DNA of 64,000 nt from Terriglobia bacterium (GTDB lineage Bacteria > Acidobacteriota > Terriglobia > Terriglobales > Acidobacteriaceae). Every line of letters starts with the position of its first letter. Positions within the stretch are counted from its first letter, which is position 1. The DNA is taken from assembly GCA_021324365.1 (NCBI GenBank), contig JAJPJE010000030.1:12-64011 (forward strand), written 5' to 3'. A program made the position numbers and the translations under genes. The notes under the pieces are model-generated. The model had not been told where the DNA came from. It ran no database searches and saw nothing but the letters and a program-made list of their open reading frames with translations. Positions 18,186-27,312 of the stretch are shown one piece after another.

Positions 18186-18788
18186 TCACTGCTGCTTCTG
18201 TACCGTTCCTTTTGCCTCGACGATGGTGAAGGTCAGCTTCATCCCGGTTGGCATGATCACTTGCATTCCGGAGTGTATGTTGTCCCCACTGACGCTGACG
18301 TCTGTGTCGGGAATGGTTGCGCTGGGGGCATTGCCTCCACCGCCAGTAAGGACGTCGACACCTGCGCGCGTGATATCGGCGCGGCGTGCGCCCGTATCGT
18401 CTTCGCGCCCGGTATTGGGGTTCACCGGCCGATCCTGCCCGGCGCGAACTAGCGTGTTCGACATCACCGAATAATTCACCCCGTCGGCGACGATGGACGT
18501 GACCTCAAGCTCGAGTTCGCCAGCTTGGCTGTAATTCCAGGTCGAGCGGGCGTATTTCACTACGCCATTCACCAGAGATCCTTTGCGGATAAACACGCGC
18601 TCAGTTCCGAAGCGAATGTCCCGGTCGACATGTCCGGTGAAAGGCTGCCCGATAACAGCGGTATCACTGCTAAGCGTCTCATCAAGCTTGACGACAACTT
18701 TGGTTCCTTTTGGGATGTCGGAAGCGACTGCGACGCTCGAGAACCACAGCGCAAGCGTGACCCAACGCATCGCAACTGTCCTCAACAT
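18186..18788 (-). CDS. secreted beta-rich protein, function unknown
   Basis: 200-aa ORF with signal peptide MRWVTLALWFSSVAVASD. No family recognised. Confidence 0.5.
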   Translation of the reverse strand: MLRTVAMRWVTLALWFSSVAVASDIPKGTKVVVKLDETLSSDTAVIGQPFTGHVDRDIRFGTERVFIRKGSLVNGVVKYARSTWNYSQAGELELEVTSIVADGVNYSVMSNTLVRAGQDRPVNPNTGREDDTGARRADITRAGVDVLTGGGGNAPSATIPDTDVSVSGDNIHSGMQVIMPTGMKLTFTIVEAKGTVQKQQ

Positions 18789-18876
18789 GTTTCCTCGCGT
18801 ACTCGACTACGCCATCATCTTACCTCTTAAGCTAACCCTGGCGACCCGATTCAGTTGCGCAGGCTACAATCCTGAG

Positions 18877-19323
18877 ATGTCCTGGCGAATGCGCCTGTTT
18901 CGAGTCGTTTCGCGAACCTTCATAGCGTTCTACGCGAAGTTCCCCGTTTTTGGAGCGCTACGGGGCGCTATTGCCGTGGTGCCCCATGGCGATCGATACC
19001 TCATGGTGGAGCGCGCCGACGGCCTCGGATTGGGATTTCCCGGCGGGCTGGTGCATCCCTGGGAATCGCCCGAAGGTGCATTGTGCCGTGAAGTAAAAGA
19101 AGAAACTGGCCTGGCTGTTCAGAAACTGGAACCATGGTTTGCATACCGCGACCAACAGATGTACCCAACGCAAATCTCGGTTTTTCGTGCCGATGTCTCA
19201 GGCAGTCTCCGAAGTTCGTGGGAAGGCGAAGCAGTCATGGTGACTATCGACGAAATCAAATCGCGGGTCATCATCAACCAGCGCAGGGTCGCCGAGAAAC
19301 TCAGCGAAGAGCGGAAGGCATGA
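18877..19323 (+). CDS. NUDIX hydrolase
   Basis: Track ORF 18583..19323 is over-extended. ATG at 18877 (MSWRMRLF...). NUDIX box GGLVHPWESPEGALCREVKEETGL. Confidence 0.8.
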   Translation: MSWRMRLFRVVSRTFIAFYAKFPVFGALRGAIAVVPHGDRYLMVERADGLGLGFPGGLVHPWESPEGALCREVKEETGLAVQKLEPWFAYRDQQMYPTQISVFRADVSGSLRSSWEGEAVMVTIDEIKSRVIINQRRVAEKLSEERKA

Positions 19324-19979
19324 AGGCGCACATCGAACCTGTGCTGGACACGAGTGCCGAACCCGCGGTTCGCGGATTCCTGCACCGGCCTGAGGTGCCA
19401 GATGGCGATGCGCTGGTGCTGGCGCATGGAGCGGGCTCGAACGCCCAGTCTCCGGTGCTGATTGCCGTTGCCGAAGCCTTTGCCGAGGCTGGAGTTATCG
19501 TGTTACGTATCGATTTACCATTCCGGCAATCGCGTCCCCACGGACCGCCGTTTCCGGCCATGGCCGCTCGCGACCGCCAGGGAATTCGCCGGGCTTCAGA
19601 ATTCATCCGTCCGCTGACAACTCGGCAGCTGTTCCTGGGTGGACACTCGTATGGCGGAAGGCAGACAACGATGCTGGTGGCCGACGAGCCCCAGCTTGCT
19701 TCTGGGCTGTTGTTGCTTTCCTATCCGTTGCATCCGCCGCGAAAGCCGGAGCAGAAGCGCGATGCCCACTTTCCCAAGCTGCAGAGACCGGCATTTTTCG
19801 TTCATGGCAGCCGCGATCCATTCGGGTCCCCGGAAGAGATGAGGCAAGCCGTTGCCTTGATCGGTGCCCGGACTGAGTTGCTGATCTGCGAAGGAGCCGG
19901 ACACGACCTCGGAAAAGGAGCACAGTTGCGCGACTTGGCGCGAGAAGTCCTCAAAGCATTCCAGCAGTTCATCAGCTAG
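19320..19979 (+). CDS. alpha/beta hydrolase (KANL3/Tex30 / dienelactone-hydrolase-like)
   Basis: ATG overlaps the upstream stop (ATGA). LVLAHGAGSN..., nucleophile elbow GHSYGG, C-terminal FVHGSRDPF ... GAGHDL. Confidence 0.75.
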   Translation: MKAHIEPVLDTSAEPAVRGFLHRPEVPDGDALVLAHGAGSNAQSPVLIAVAEAFAEAGVIVLRIDLPFRQSRPHGPPFPAMAARDRQGIRRASEFIRPLTTRQLFLGGHSYGGRQTTMLVADEPQLASGLLLLSYPLHPPRKPEQKRDAHFPKLQRPAFFVHGSRDPFGSPEEMRQAVALIGARTELLICEGAGHDLGKGAQLRDLAREVLKAFQQFIS

Positions 19980-20089
19980 CCGGCAAGAGTGGCTGCGGTG
20001 CTTTTGCCCATGGAGAGCTACCCGCTAGTGCGCATCCTCTGGTCACTTGCCGCCATTGCCGATTCGGGCTGGAATAAAGCCTCTGAGGA

Positions 20090-20479
20090 GTGATCATGGG
20101 GCGAGCTTTCAGTTTTCTGTCGATTCTTCTGGTGTTGGCTGGGGGGATGTATATCTATTCCAGGCAGGTAAAGGCCATTTCGCCCACGGTTGCGAACAAT
20201 CCGAAGTCCACGGTGAACCTCGTCGGCGTGCGCATGGATCTGAACAATATTGCCAATGCCGAACGACGCTACCTGGCGACAGAAGGGAAGTACGCCTCGC
20301 TCGACGAGCTGATTTCAGGCCAGTACATCACCGATGCCCGCCTGCGGGGGCCGTATAGCTACGATGTGCAAGTCAGTGGCGATGGATTTGTGGTAACTGC
20401 TACGCGCGCGCCCGGCGCCGATCCCGGCCTCCCTGCGCAAATGTCCATCGACCAGAATATGCAGCAGAGTTCAAATTAA
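20090..20479 (+). CDS. small N-terminally anchored protein, function unknown (pilin-like topology)
   Basis: 129 aa with one N-terminal hydrophobic helix (FSFLSILLVLAGGMYIY) followed by a soluble domain. No family recognised. Confidence 0.5.
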   Translation: MIMGRAFSFLSILLVLAGGMYIYSRQVKAISPTVANNPKSTVNLVGVRMDLNNIANAERRYLATEGKYASLDELISGQYITDARLRGPYSYDVQVSGDGFVVTATRAPGADPGLPAQMSIDQNMQQSSN

Positions 20480-20529
20480 GAGCGAGCGCCTCGTTCTGCG
20501 GCTCCGGGAAATGCGCTCAGGATTTTGTT

Positions 20530-20609
20530 TTGAAGGGGCGCACCTTCAGATGCGCCGAACCAAATCCTTACGTTTGTCATTCCGAGCCGACTTTAGTCGG
20601 CGACGAATC
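20530..20609 (+). repeat. composite intergenic repeat: module A + module B, both on the plus strand
   Basis: A: TTGAAGGGGCGCACCTTCAGATGCGCC (20530-20556; hairpin GGCGCA/TGCGCC). B: TGTCATTCCGAG-CCGACTTTAGTCGG-CGACGAATC (20575-20609). B overlaps the last 11 codons of msrQ. Confidence 0.8.
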
Positions 20610-21236
20610 CGCATTCTGAAATCCCCGCAACCACGCGGTCATCTGCAATCTCGGTATCGCCCAGGCACCCAGTCGCCACAACAGCAAACAGCCGAGAATG
20701 ATTCCGTAGCGCACCGGTTCACGAATATCGGCCTTTACCAGCCAGTAGAAATGAATCACGCCAAGCGCTGCACTCGCATAGATCAATTTGTGCAGCGTCG
20801 ACCATCGCTTGCCGCCAAGGCGTCCAATCCATCCTTTTGTGGACGTAATCGCCAGTGGCAACATCAGCAGTAGAGCTGCCATGCCCACGGTGATGAAGCG
20901 CCTCTTCAGAATGTCGGCCCACATGTCGTGGAGGTCGAAGAACTTGTCGAGCCAGACCCATGTCATCAGATGAAGACAGCCGTAGAAGAACGCGTACAGG
21001 CCAGCCATCCGGCGAAAGCGAATCAGCCAGGGCAGTCGAAGCATTTGCCGCAGCGGCGTGATGGAGAGCGTGATCAGCAGGAAGATCAGCGTCCACTTGC
21101 CTGTCGAGTGCGTTATCACCTCGATCGGATTCGCCCCCAGCGCAGAGTTGAAGCCCTTCCACGCCAGCATGAACAGCGGCGCCAGACACAGCACGAAGGC
21201 GAAGATCTTCATGCATTTGATGTAGAAAGTCTTCAA
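20577..21236 (-). CDS. msrQ: protein-methionine-sulfoxide reductase haem-binding membrane subunit
   Basis: 219 aa with a ferric-reductase-like 6-TM core with conserved His. Lies immediately downstream of msrP in the same orientation. Confidence 0.85.
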   Translation of the reverse strand: MKTFYIKCMKIFAFVLCLAPLFMLAWKGFNSALGANPIEVITHSTGKWTLIFLLITLSITPLRQMLRLPWLIRFRRMAGLYAFFYGCLHLMTWVWLDKFFDLHDMWADILKRRFITVGMAALLLMLPLAITSTKGWIGRLGGKRWSTLHKLIYASAALGVIHFYWLVKADIREPVRYGIILGCLLLWRLGAWAIPRLQMTAWLRGFQNADSSPTKVGSE

Positions 21237-21264
21237 GTTCTGTGCCCCTTTATGTCCTCTGCCA

Positions 21265-22227
21265 TTAGAAATATTTTTTCAGATCCATGCCGTTGTACAG
21301 GCTTGCAACCTGATCGCCATATCCATTGAACATCAGCGTATCGCGCTTGAAGAATTCGCCGATGCGTCGCTCTTTCTTCTGGCTCCAGCGCGGATGATCT
21401 ACGTTGGGATTTACATTCGAGTAGAAACCGTACTCATTTGGTGCGGCCATGTTCCACGTGGTGGGCGGCTGTTTGTCAACGAGAGATATCTTCACGATCG
21501 ATTTGATGCTCTTGAACCCATATTTCCAGGGGACAACAAGCCGGATCGGCGCACCGTCCTGTTTCGGCAGTTCGCCGCCGTAGAGGCCGACCGCAAGGAT
21601 CGCCAGCGGATTCATCGCTTCATCTAGGCGCAGACCTTCCACGTAGGGCCAATCGAGCACCCCATACCGCTGTCCGGGCATTTCGCGCGGATCGTATTTG
21701 GTCGTGAACTTCACGAATTTCGCTTTGCTGGCCGGCTCGACTTGCTTCAGAAACGAGCTGAGCGGAAAGCCGTCCCATGGGATCACCATCGACCAGCCTT
21801 CCACACACCGGAGCCGATAAATGCGCTCCTCGATGGAAAATGTCTTCAGGAAGTAGTCGATGTCGTATGTTTTTTTCTTTTTCACCAAGCCATCGACCTC
21901 TACCGTCCACGGCCGTGTCTGCAGCGTCTGCGCGAGTTTTGCCGGGCTGTACTTATCCGTGCCGAACTCGTAATAGTTGTTGTAATTGGTGATGTCGTTA
22001 TATGGCGTTTGTGCCTCTGTCGTACTGAACGGACTCTTCGACGCGACGTTCAACTTATTCTCCGCATGCACCACTTGGGATGGCGATGCCATTTCACCAA
22101 CGTAGCGAGCCCCGGTGGCGATCGCGGCCGCTGCCGCTGCCCCGATCATGAATTCCCGACGGTTGAAATACGTTTCCTGTGGCGTGATCTCAGATGATGG
22201 AATGTCACTCTTCTTCTTTATCAGCAT
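21265..22227 (-). CDS. msrP: protein-methionine-sulfoxide reductase catalytic (molybdopterin) subunit
   Basis: 320 aa with Tat signal [19 protein letters not shown]. YedY-type core YYEFGTDK...[19 protein letters not shown]...[19 protein letters not shown]. Confidence 0.9.
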   Translation of the reverse strand: MLIKKKSDIPSSEITPQETYFNRREFMIGAAAAAAIATGARYVGEMASPSQVVHAENKLNVASKSPFSTTEAQTPYNDITNYNNYYEFGTDKYSPAKLAQTLQTRPWTVEVDGLVKKKKTYDIDYFLKTFSIEERIYRLRCVEGWSMVIPWDGFPLSSFLKQVEPASKAKFVKFTTKYDPREMPGQRYGVLDWPYVEGLRLDEAMNPLAILAVGLYGGELPKQDGAPIRLVVPWKYGFKSIKSIVKISLVDKQPPTTWNMAAPNEYGFYSNVNPNVDHPRWSQKKERRIGEFFKRDTLMFNGYGDQVASLYNGMDLKKYF

Positions 22228-22298
22228 CGCCGGTCCTGTTCCGTAAAAGGTTCCCCACGCTCAGATCAGACTCCGATGGCCGCTAAAAGTTTCACCCC

Positions 22299-22332
22299 AA
22301 AAGCAAAAGGCCCGCCGGAGTTCCAGCGGGCC
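22299..22332 (-). terminator. rho-independent terminator candidate of the S41 protease gene
   Basis: On the minus strand GGCCCGC-TGGAACTCCG-GCGGGCC forms a 7-bp stem followed by TTTTGCTTTT, 18 nt after the stop. Confidence 0.55.
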
Positions 22333-22349
22333 TGAGTCAATCCTCCGAA

Positions 22350-23966
22350 TTACCGGTTCTGGCTTGCCATGGCGGAGGCGCGAGCGCTGTTACGCTCGGC
22401 GATAATTTTCTTGGCATTGTCCGCCAGGGTTTTGGCTTGTCCCATAAGGTCCAGCGCTCTCAGGACCAACGGATCGCCATCAGCGCGAATCTTCAATCCT
22501 TCTTCCTGGCCGAACGCATCGATGAAGATCTCGCTCTTGATGTTGTTACGCAGCCAGTCATTCACGCCCGCAATATCCGACTCCGTGTATCCGATCTTCT
22601 GATCGTCGAGGAATTTGCGGAACTCCTGCATGACGGCCTCGTCCACGGTGAAGTTCTTGCTCACCTGATGATTGAGCGTGTAGTGCTTGGCGAAATTGAA
22701 GAACGCGTAGTGCTGTAGCAACTCGTCCTGGAAATGATTTTGCTTTGGCGTGTCGAACCTGACATCTGGGGTAATTCCGCCACCACCATACACAGGACGT
22801 CCGCTGTCGGTCATCTTCACTTCGCGATTCGCGTTGTTCGGTGTACCGTTATGGTCGTGATTGTAGTAATAGTCGTAGAGCGATATACCGCTGTAGTCGC
22901 GCTGGATGAGCCGGCCGCTGGGGGTGTAGTACTTCGCCGTGGTCAGCGCCAATCCGGTGTTTTCGGAGAGAGGAAACACCGTCTGGACCAGGCCTTTGCC
23001 AAAAGTGGTTTCGCCGACGATCAACCCGCGATCGTGGTCCTGGATGGCTCCCGCCAGAATCTCAGCGGCCGACGCCGTTCCGCGGTTCACGAGTACAACG
23101 ATTGGATAGTCCTTGCCACCATTGCCATGGCTGGCGCGGTAAACCTTCTCCGGTGAGGACCGCCCGTGGTGTGAGACGATTACCTGGCCGCGTTTCAGGA
23201 ACTTATCTGCGACTCCAACACCTTCGCTGAGCAGTCCGCCAGGGTTTTGGCGCAGGTCCAGCACCAATCCTTTCAGGTCACCCATCTCGTCCAGTGCTTC
23301 CTGGACTTCGTGCTCGGTGGTTTCCTGGAATCCGGAAATATGCATGTAGCCAATTCCGGGGCGAATCAGGAAGTGGAGATCGACGCTGTAGCGAGGGATC
23401 TCGTCGCGGGTGACATTGAACTCCAGAGGCTTCGGCGTGCCCTCACGGACGATGGTGATCGTAACGTTTGTTCCCTTGGGACCCTTGAGCAGGTCAGCCA
23501 CATCGGACGTGCTCATGTTATCGGTCGGCTTGCCGTCTACTGCCACAATCACGTCGCCCGGATGGATACCCGCCCGGTACGCAGGGGTCCCGACGAAGGG
23601 GGCAATCACGATCACCTTATTGTTCCGCGGACCTACCTGCATACCCACGCCGTAATACTTGCCGCGCTGCTCTTCGCGCAACAGTGAGTATGCTTTCGGA
23701 TCGAAGAAGTTCGAGTGCGGATCGAGCACGCGCAGCATGCCCGGAATGGCTCCGTTGTAGATGGCTTTATCAGCGCTTACCGGCTCGGCGTAGTTTTGCT
23801 CAACCAGATCATACACTTGCGAGAAGGTACGCAGGCTGTCGCGGATCTCCCCGTCGCCCGAAGGCGTGCTTCCGCTGACCCGTTGGCCGAAAAGCGCTCC
23901 CAGAAAACCGCAGGTAACAATGACAAGAACTACCAGGAAGAGAGCACGGCGAGTACCACGGACCAT
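22350..23966 (-). CDS. S41-family carboxy-terminal processing peptidase with PDZ domain
   Basis: Track ORF is 22350..24041. The likely start is MVRGTRRALFLVVLVIVTCG. Motifs GVGMQV...GDVIVAVDGKP (PDZ), LDLRQNPGGLL, VLVNRGTASAAEILAGA. Confidence 0.9.
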   Translation of the reverse strand: MVRGTRRALFLVVLVIVTCGFLGALFGQRVSGSTPSGDGEIRDSLRTFSQVYDLVEQNYAEPVSADKAIYNGAIPGMLRVLDPHSNFFDPKAYSLLREEQRGKYYGVGMQVGPRNNKVIVIAPFVGTPAYRAGIHPGDVIVAVDGKPTDNMSTSDVADLLKGPKGTNVTITIVREGTPKPLEFNVTRDEIPRYSVDLHFLIRPGIGYMHISGFQETTEHEVQEALDEMGDLKGLVLDLRQNPGGLLSEGVGVADKFLKRGQVIVSHHGRSSPEKVYRASHGNGGKDYPIVVLVNRGTASAAEILAGAIQDHDRGLIVGETTFGKGLVQTVFPLSENTGLALTTAKYYTPSGRLIQRDYSGISLYDYYYNHDHNGTPNNANREVKMTDSGRPVYGGGGITPDVRFDTPKQNHFQDELLQHYAFFNFAKHYTLNHQVSKNFTVDEAVMQEFRKFLDDQKIGYTESDIAGVNDWLRNNIKSEIFIDAFGQEEGLKIRADGDPLVLRALDLMGQAKTLADNAKKIIAERNSARASAMASQNR

Positions 23967-24244
23967 CTTTTGATTTCCTTGTTGGGGTGCGAAGCCCACA
24001 CCCGCAAAGTAAAAGCAGTATAGCACGGTAAAACGGGCCAACCCGGCCTATCTATTGGTCATCGGGTTACCCGTCCTAAAGGACAGGCGGACCAGACTTG
24101 CCCGGGAAATGCCTGTTGCAATTGCGTCTGTACCGGTGGCTTGTGGCTGGCAGTCATCGCAAAAAAGCCGTTGCTACCAGTCACCAGCTACTCCATAGAT
24201 CACTCTGTTTGCCGCTCCCGAAGAAGAGGCAGTATGATGGCTCT

Positions 24245-24574
24245 ATGAATCTCGGCATGCCGGAGATGATCTTCATCTTTTTGTTGGCCCTTATCATCTT
24301 CGGGCCCAAGAAGTTGCCGGAGATCGGACGCCAGATCGGGAAAGCCCTGGGCGAATTCAAGCGTGCCAGTAATGAATTCAAGTGGCAGTTGGAAGCGGAA
24401 ATGCGCCAACTCGAACTGGAAGCCGAACGCGAGAAGGACAAGAAGAACGCGGCTCCTGTTTTGCAGGCTCCCGCGGGAACGGTGTTGAGCACCGAGCCTT
24501 CCATCCTGCCTCCGAACGGCAATCAGCCTGCCGCACCTGAAAGCGCAGCTTCATCCCAATCAGCCGATGCCTAG
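24245..24574 (+). CDS. tatA: twin-arginine translocase TatA/E-family protein
   Basis: Track ORF 24098..24574 is over-extended. ATG at 24245: MNLGMPEMIFIFLLALIIFGPKKLPEIGRQIGKALGEFKRASNEF. Confidence 0.85.
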   Translation: MNLGMPEMIFIFLLALIIFGPKKLPEIGRQIGKALGEFKRASNEFKWQLEAEMRQLELEAEREKDKKNAAPVLQAPAGTVLSTEPSILPPNGNQPAAPESAASSQSADA

Positions 24575-25367
24575 TCCCGCTTACGCCGCCGCCAAACAGG
24601 TCCTCTCCGAACACATGGGAAGCATGAGCTTCCTGGAGCATCTGGAGGAACTTCGCCGTCGCATCATCTGGTCGTTTGTGTACGTCGGCGCCGGATTCAT
24701 GCTCTGCTGGTGGAAGGCCGAGAAGATTTACGGCTGGATGCAGAAGCCGATCATGGAAGCGCTCCGCAATCATCACATGGCGGAGAAACTCGTTTACCTG
24801 AGTCCGACGGAGCCCTTCAATATGTACCTGAAGGTCGGTTTCATTGGTGGACTTTTCGTCGCATCGCCATTCGTGCTGTATCAGCTTTGGCTCTTCATCT
24901 CGCCCGGACTTTATCGCCACGAGCGCCGCTATGTCGTTCCTTTCATGGTTTCATCTGTCGGGCTTTTCATCGCGGGCGGCATCTTCGGTTACAAAATGGT
25001 GTATCCGGCGGCCCTGGATTTTCTGATCGGATACGGAGCGCAGTTCCAGCCGATGATCACCATCGGCGAGTACACCGATCTGTTTCTGACCATCATCATC
25101 GGCCTGGGCATTGTCTTCGAGATGCCGATCCTGGCATTCTTCCTCGCGCTCATGGGCATCGTGAATGCCGGATTCCTGTGGCGCAACCTGCGCTATTCGA
25201 TTCTGGTCATCTTCATCATTGCCGCGATTATCACGCCAACAACTGACATCATGAACATGTGCATCTTCGCGGCGCCGATGGTTCTGCTCTACATCGTGAG
25301 TATCTTCATCGCCTGGCTTGTACACCCGACTCGCCGTAACCGGAAGAAAGCGGAATCGGAGTCGTAG
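24567..25367 (+). CDS. tatC: twin-arginine translocase subunit TatC
   Basis: 266 aa: MSFLEHLEELRRRIIWSFVYV..., 6-TM TatC core. Overlaps tatA by 8 nt. An alternative ATG lies about 16 codons downstream. Confidence 0.9.
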   Translation: MPSPAYAAAKQVLSEHMGSMSFLEHLEELRRRIIWSFVYVGAGFMLCWWKAEKIYGWMQKPIMEALRNHHMAEKLVYLSPTEPFNMYLKVGFIGGLFVASPFVLYQLWLFISPGLYRHERRYVVPFMVSSVGLFIAGGIFGYKMVYPAALDFLIGYGAQFQPMITIGEYTDLFLTIIIGLGIVFEMPILAFFLALMGIVNAGFLWRNLRYSILVIFIIAAIITPTTDIMNMCIFAAPMVLLYIVSIFIAWLVHPTRRNRKKAESES

Positions 25368-25483
25368 CCTAGGCTGCGTGGCCGGCCGCCCTCGTCCGCG
25401 TTTCCGAGCGGAGCGCAAGGACTCGTCGCGCTGGTGCACTATATTTGTCCTCTTTCGCAAGCTGGGTAAGACTCCGGCCAGTG

Positions 25484-26122
25484 TTACGCTGCATTTTCGC
25501 TCCTTTGTCTTGCGTGTCTTTGCTTGTAGCGTTTCTTCTGCCGGCGCCACATGAGATAGCCGAACAGCAGCAGCCCACCGGCAATTCCCCAACTTGCTTT
25601 TTCGATATACCCCAGCAGCGTGTTGAACTCGTTCGCAAACGCGAATCCGCTGAGTGAGATTGCCACCACCCAGGTTGCGCCGCCCATAAGGTTGTAGAGG
25701 AAGAAATCTCTCCATTCCATGCCGAGGCTTCCTGCCAGTGGACCGGCAATCGTGCGCAGGCCGAAGATGAATCGGGAGAAGAAGATGGTTCGCCCGCCTC
25801 GCCGCCGGATTAGTGTCTTGGCGGCTTTCAAATCTGTATCGTCGAGGCGGAGAAGCTTCCGTGCCCAGCGGATCAGCGTCTTGCCAAAGTGCCGACCCAG
25901 CAGGAATCCAATGTTGTCGCCCATTACAGCTGCACAAATTCCGGTGAGAATTACCCATTCTATGTGCAGCCCGGTTTTCTTGTGTGCCAGGAAAGCCGCA
26001 AACATCAGCACGGTTTCGCCGGGCAGCGGGATGCCGGAACTCTCTCCCAGTAGTCCAATCAGAATGGCCCAGTAGCCCCAGGCAATCAGGAAGTGACGAA
26101 CCGTGTGATAGATCCATTCCAC
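25484..26122 (-). CDS. DedA-family membrane protein
   Basis: 212 aa: GYWAILIGLLGESSGIPLPGETVLMFAAFLA... with the typical DedA re-entrant motifs. Confidence 0.85.
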   Translation of the reverse strand: MEWIYHTVRHFLIAWGYWAILIGLLGESSGIPLPGETVLMFAAFLAHKKTGLHIEWVILTGICAAVMGDNIGFLLGRHFGKTLIRWARKLLRLDDTDLKAAKTLIRRRGGRTIFFSRFIFGLRTIAGPLAGSLGMEWRDFFLYNLMGGATWVVAISLSGFAFANEFNTLLGYIEKASWGIAGGLLLFGYLMWRRQKKRYKQRHARQRSENAA

Positions 26123-26197
26123 AAGCGTTTTGATGCCATGCGGTTTCGGCGCCGCGGGGCCATCTTGCAGATTTCTATTTACCTGTGGACTTCCCGC

Positions 26198-26230
26198 TTG
26201 TCATCACGAGCGCGCTTTTGGCGCGAGGGC
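26198..26230 (+). repeat. module B repeat, CACGAG variant (left end of the GIY-YIG unit)
   Basis: TTGTCATCACGAG-CGCGCTTTTGGCG-CGAGGGC. It abuts the GIY-YIG stop codon (26230-26232). Confidence 0.75.
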
Positions 26231-26540
26231 TATGCGGTTAGTTGCTGGATCGGCTCACCCCAGCCAGCGGCCAGATCCGCCCAGGTTGAATTCGTCGACT
26301 CGATCAGGGCAATCCGCTTTGCACGATCCCATCCTTTGATCTGCTTTTCACGCCTGATGGCATTGTTCACAACACTTCGAAGTACACGAGCCGGTGAATA
26401 CGATATTGCTTGGTGAAGCCGTCTATCGTTCCACGCTTGTGTTCCAAAACACGTCGATCAATGTCGTCAGTGACGCCGGTGTAAAGCGCTCGCGAGCGGC
26501 TGGACACAATGTAGACCCAGTACTTGTGTTGTTTTCTCAA
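26230..26540 (-). pseudogene. small GIY-YIG nuclease (COG2827 / UPF0213-like), broken by a 1-nt frameshift
   Basis: Hand translation from TTG at 26540: RKQHKYWVYIVSSRSRALYTGVTDDIDRRVLEHKRGTIDGFTKQYRIHRLVYFEVL*, with the stop at 26367-26369. The -1 frame continues VNNAIRREKQIKGWDRAKRIALIESTNSTWADLAAGWGEPIQQLTA*. Both halves fall below the track's length cut-off. Confidence 0.7.
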
Positions 26541-26546
26541 CGGCAG

Positions 26547-26580
26547 ATCCCTCGTTCGCTTCGCTCACTCGTGAGGACAA
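26547..26580 (-). repeat. module B repeat, CACGAG variant (right end of the GIY-YIG unit)
   Basis: Minus-strand read: TTGTCCTCACGAG-TGAGCGAAGCGAA-CGAGGGAT, ending 6 nt before the GIY-YIG TTG start. Its GAGGGA can act as the RBS. Confidence 0.75.
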
Positions 26581-27163
26581 ATGAGCTTTTATGCCGTATC
26601 GATCAGTGCAGGGTACTGAAATGCCTGTGCAAACAGCAGTCATATTCCATCGAATTACGAGTTAGTTACTCCTCCCCTCCCTCTTCGCTATCGGAAAACA
26701 AAAGGTTTATGAGGCAGTGCGTCTTTACATATCGCATGAGAAAGGGTTTAAGGCCTCTATATCGCAAAATAAAGGAGTTATGTCCTGCGGTTGGCCGGAT
26801 TGTCGTTGCGGATTGGCGGGAAAATCCCCTGTTCATGCGTATTATATCTATAAGAATCTATAATGTTATATTGAAATAGCAATTAGATAACAACAAAATG
26901 CCGTGAAAGAGAAATGGAGTACAAGAATGGGAAGAGGAGGGCCTAAGTGCTTTGAAGTGAATCGGTCACCTTGCGTATTTAAAAGAGATCAAGGGAAACA
27001 TCGACAACTTCTGACCCCACCATTACGCCAAACGAGGACTAGAGGTGAGGCACCCGGAGGGATTGTTAATCGGGTAATAGGTAATCTGGAAATCGAAAGA
27101 CCGGACGATCGGCCGCCAACAGAGTGGAAGCACCAGTCCTGCACGGCACAAGGTCTCTCGACT

Positions 27164-27204
27164 CGGACGCGGGACGATTCGCCGCGTCCTCGCTCGAAAT
27201 GACA
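27164..27204 (-). repeat. module B repeat (solo copy with an extended hairpin)
   Basis: Minus-strand read: TGTCATTTCGAG-CGAGGACGCGGC-GAATC-GTCCCGCGTCCG. Stem GGACGCGG / CCGCGTCC. Confidence 0.7.
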
Positions 27205-27312
27205 GGCATTGCCGTTGGTTCCCCAAAAGGGTATGCGGGGAAAGTTCGCGCTTGAGACTGGCGGCGTACCGCTCGCGCTACCCTTCGCCACGGTGCCTGA
27301 TAGACTGCCTTT

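Larger units (their letters stand above)
26198..26580 (-). mobile_element. candidate 383-bp selfish unit: a GIY-YIG ORF framed by inverted module B repeats
   Basis: Inverted repeat ends at 26198-26230 and 26547-26580 share the CACGAG...CGAGGG variant. Only the GIY-YIG ORF lies between them. Mobility is inferred, not shown. Confidence 0.3.

Noticed and set aside
24951-26117. 388-aa minus-strand ORF spanning tatC and dedA.
   Set aside because: It is antisense to tatC and out of frame with dedA. It has an Arg/Gly/Pro-rich composition typical of GC-rich shadow ORFs.
26903-27202. 99-aa ORF and a nested 29-codon ORF (MGRGGPKCFEVNRSPCVFKRDQGKHRQLL) in the AT-rich island.
   Set aside because: Composition and codon usage are unlike neighbouring genes and there is no family resemblance. 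I treat the region as non-coding pending expression data.
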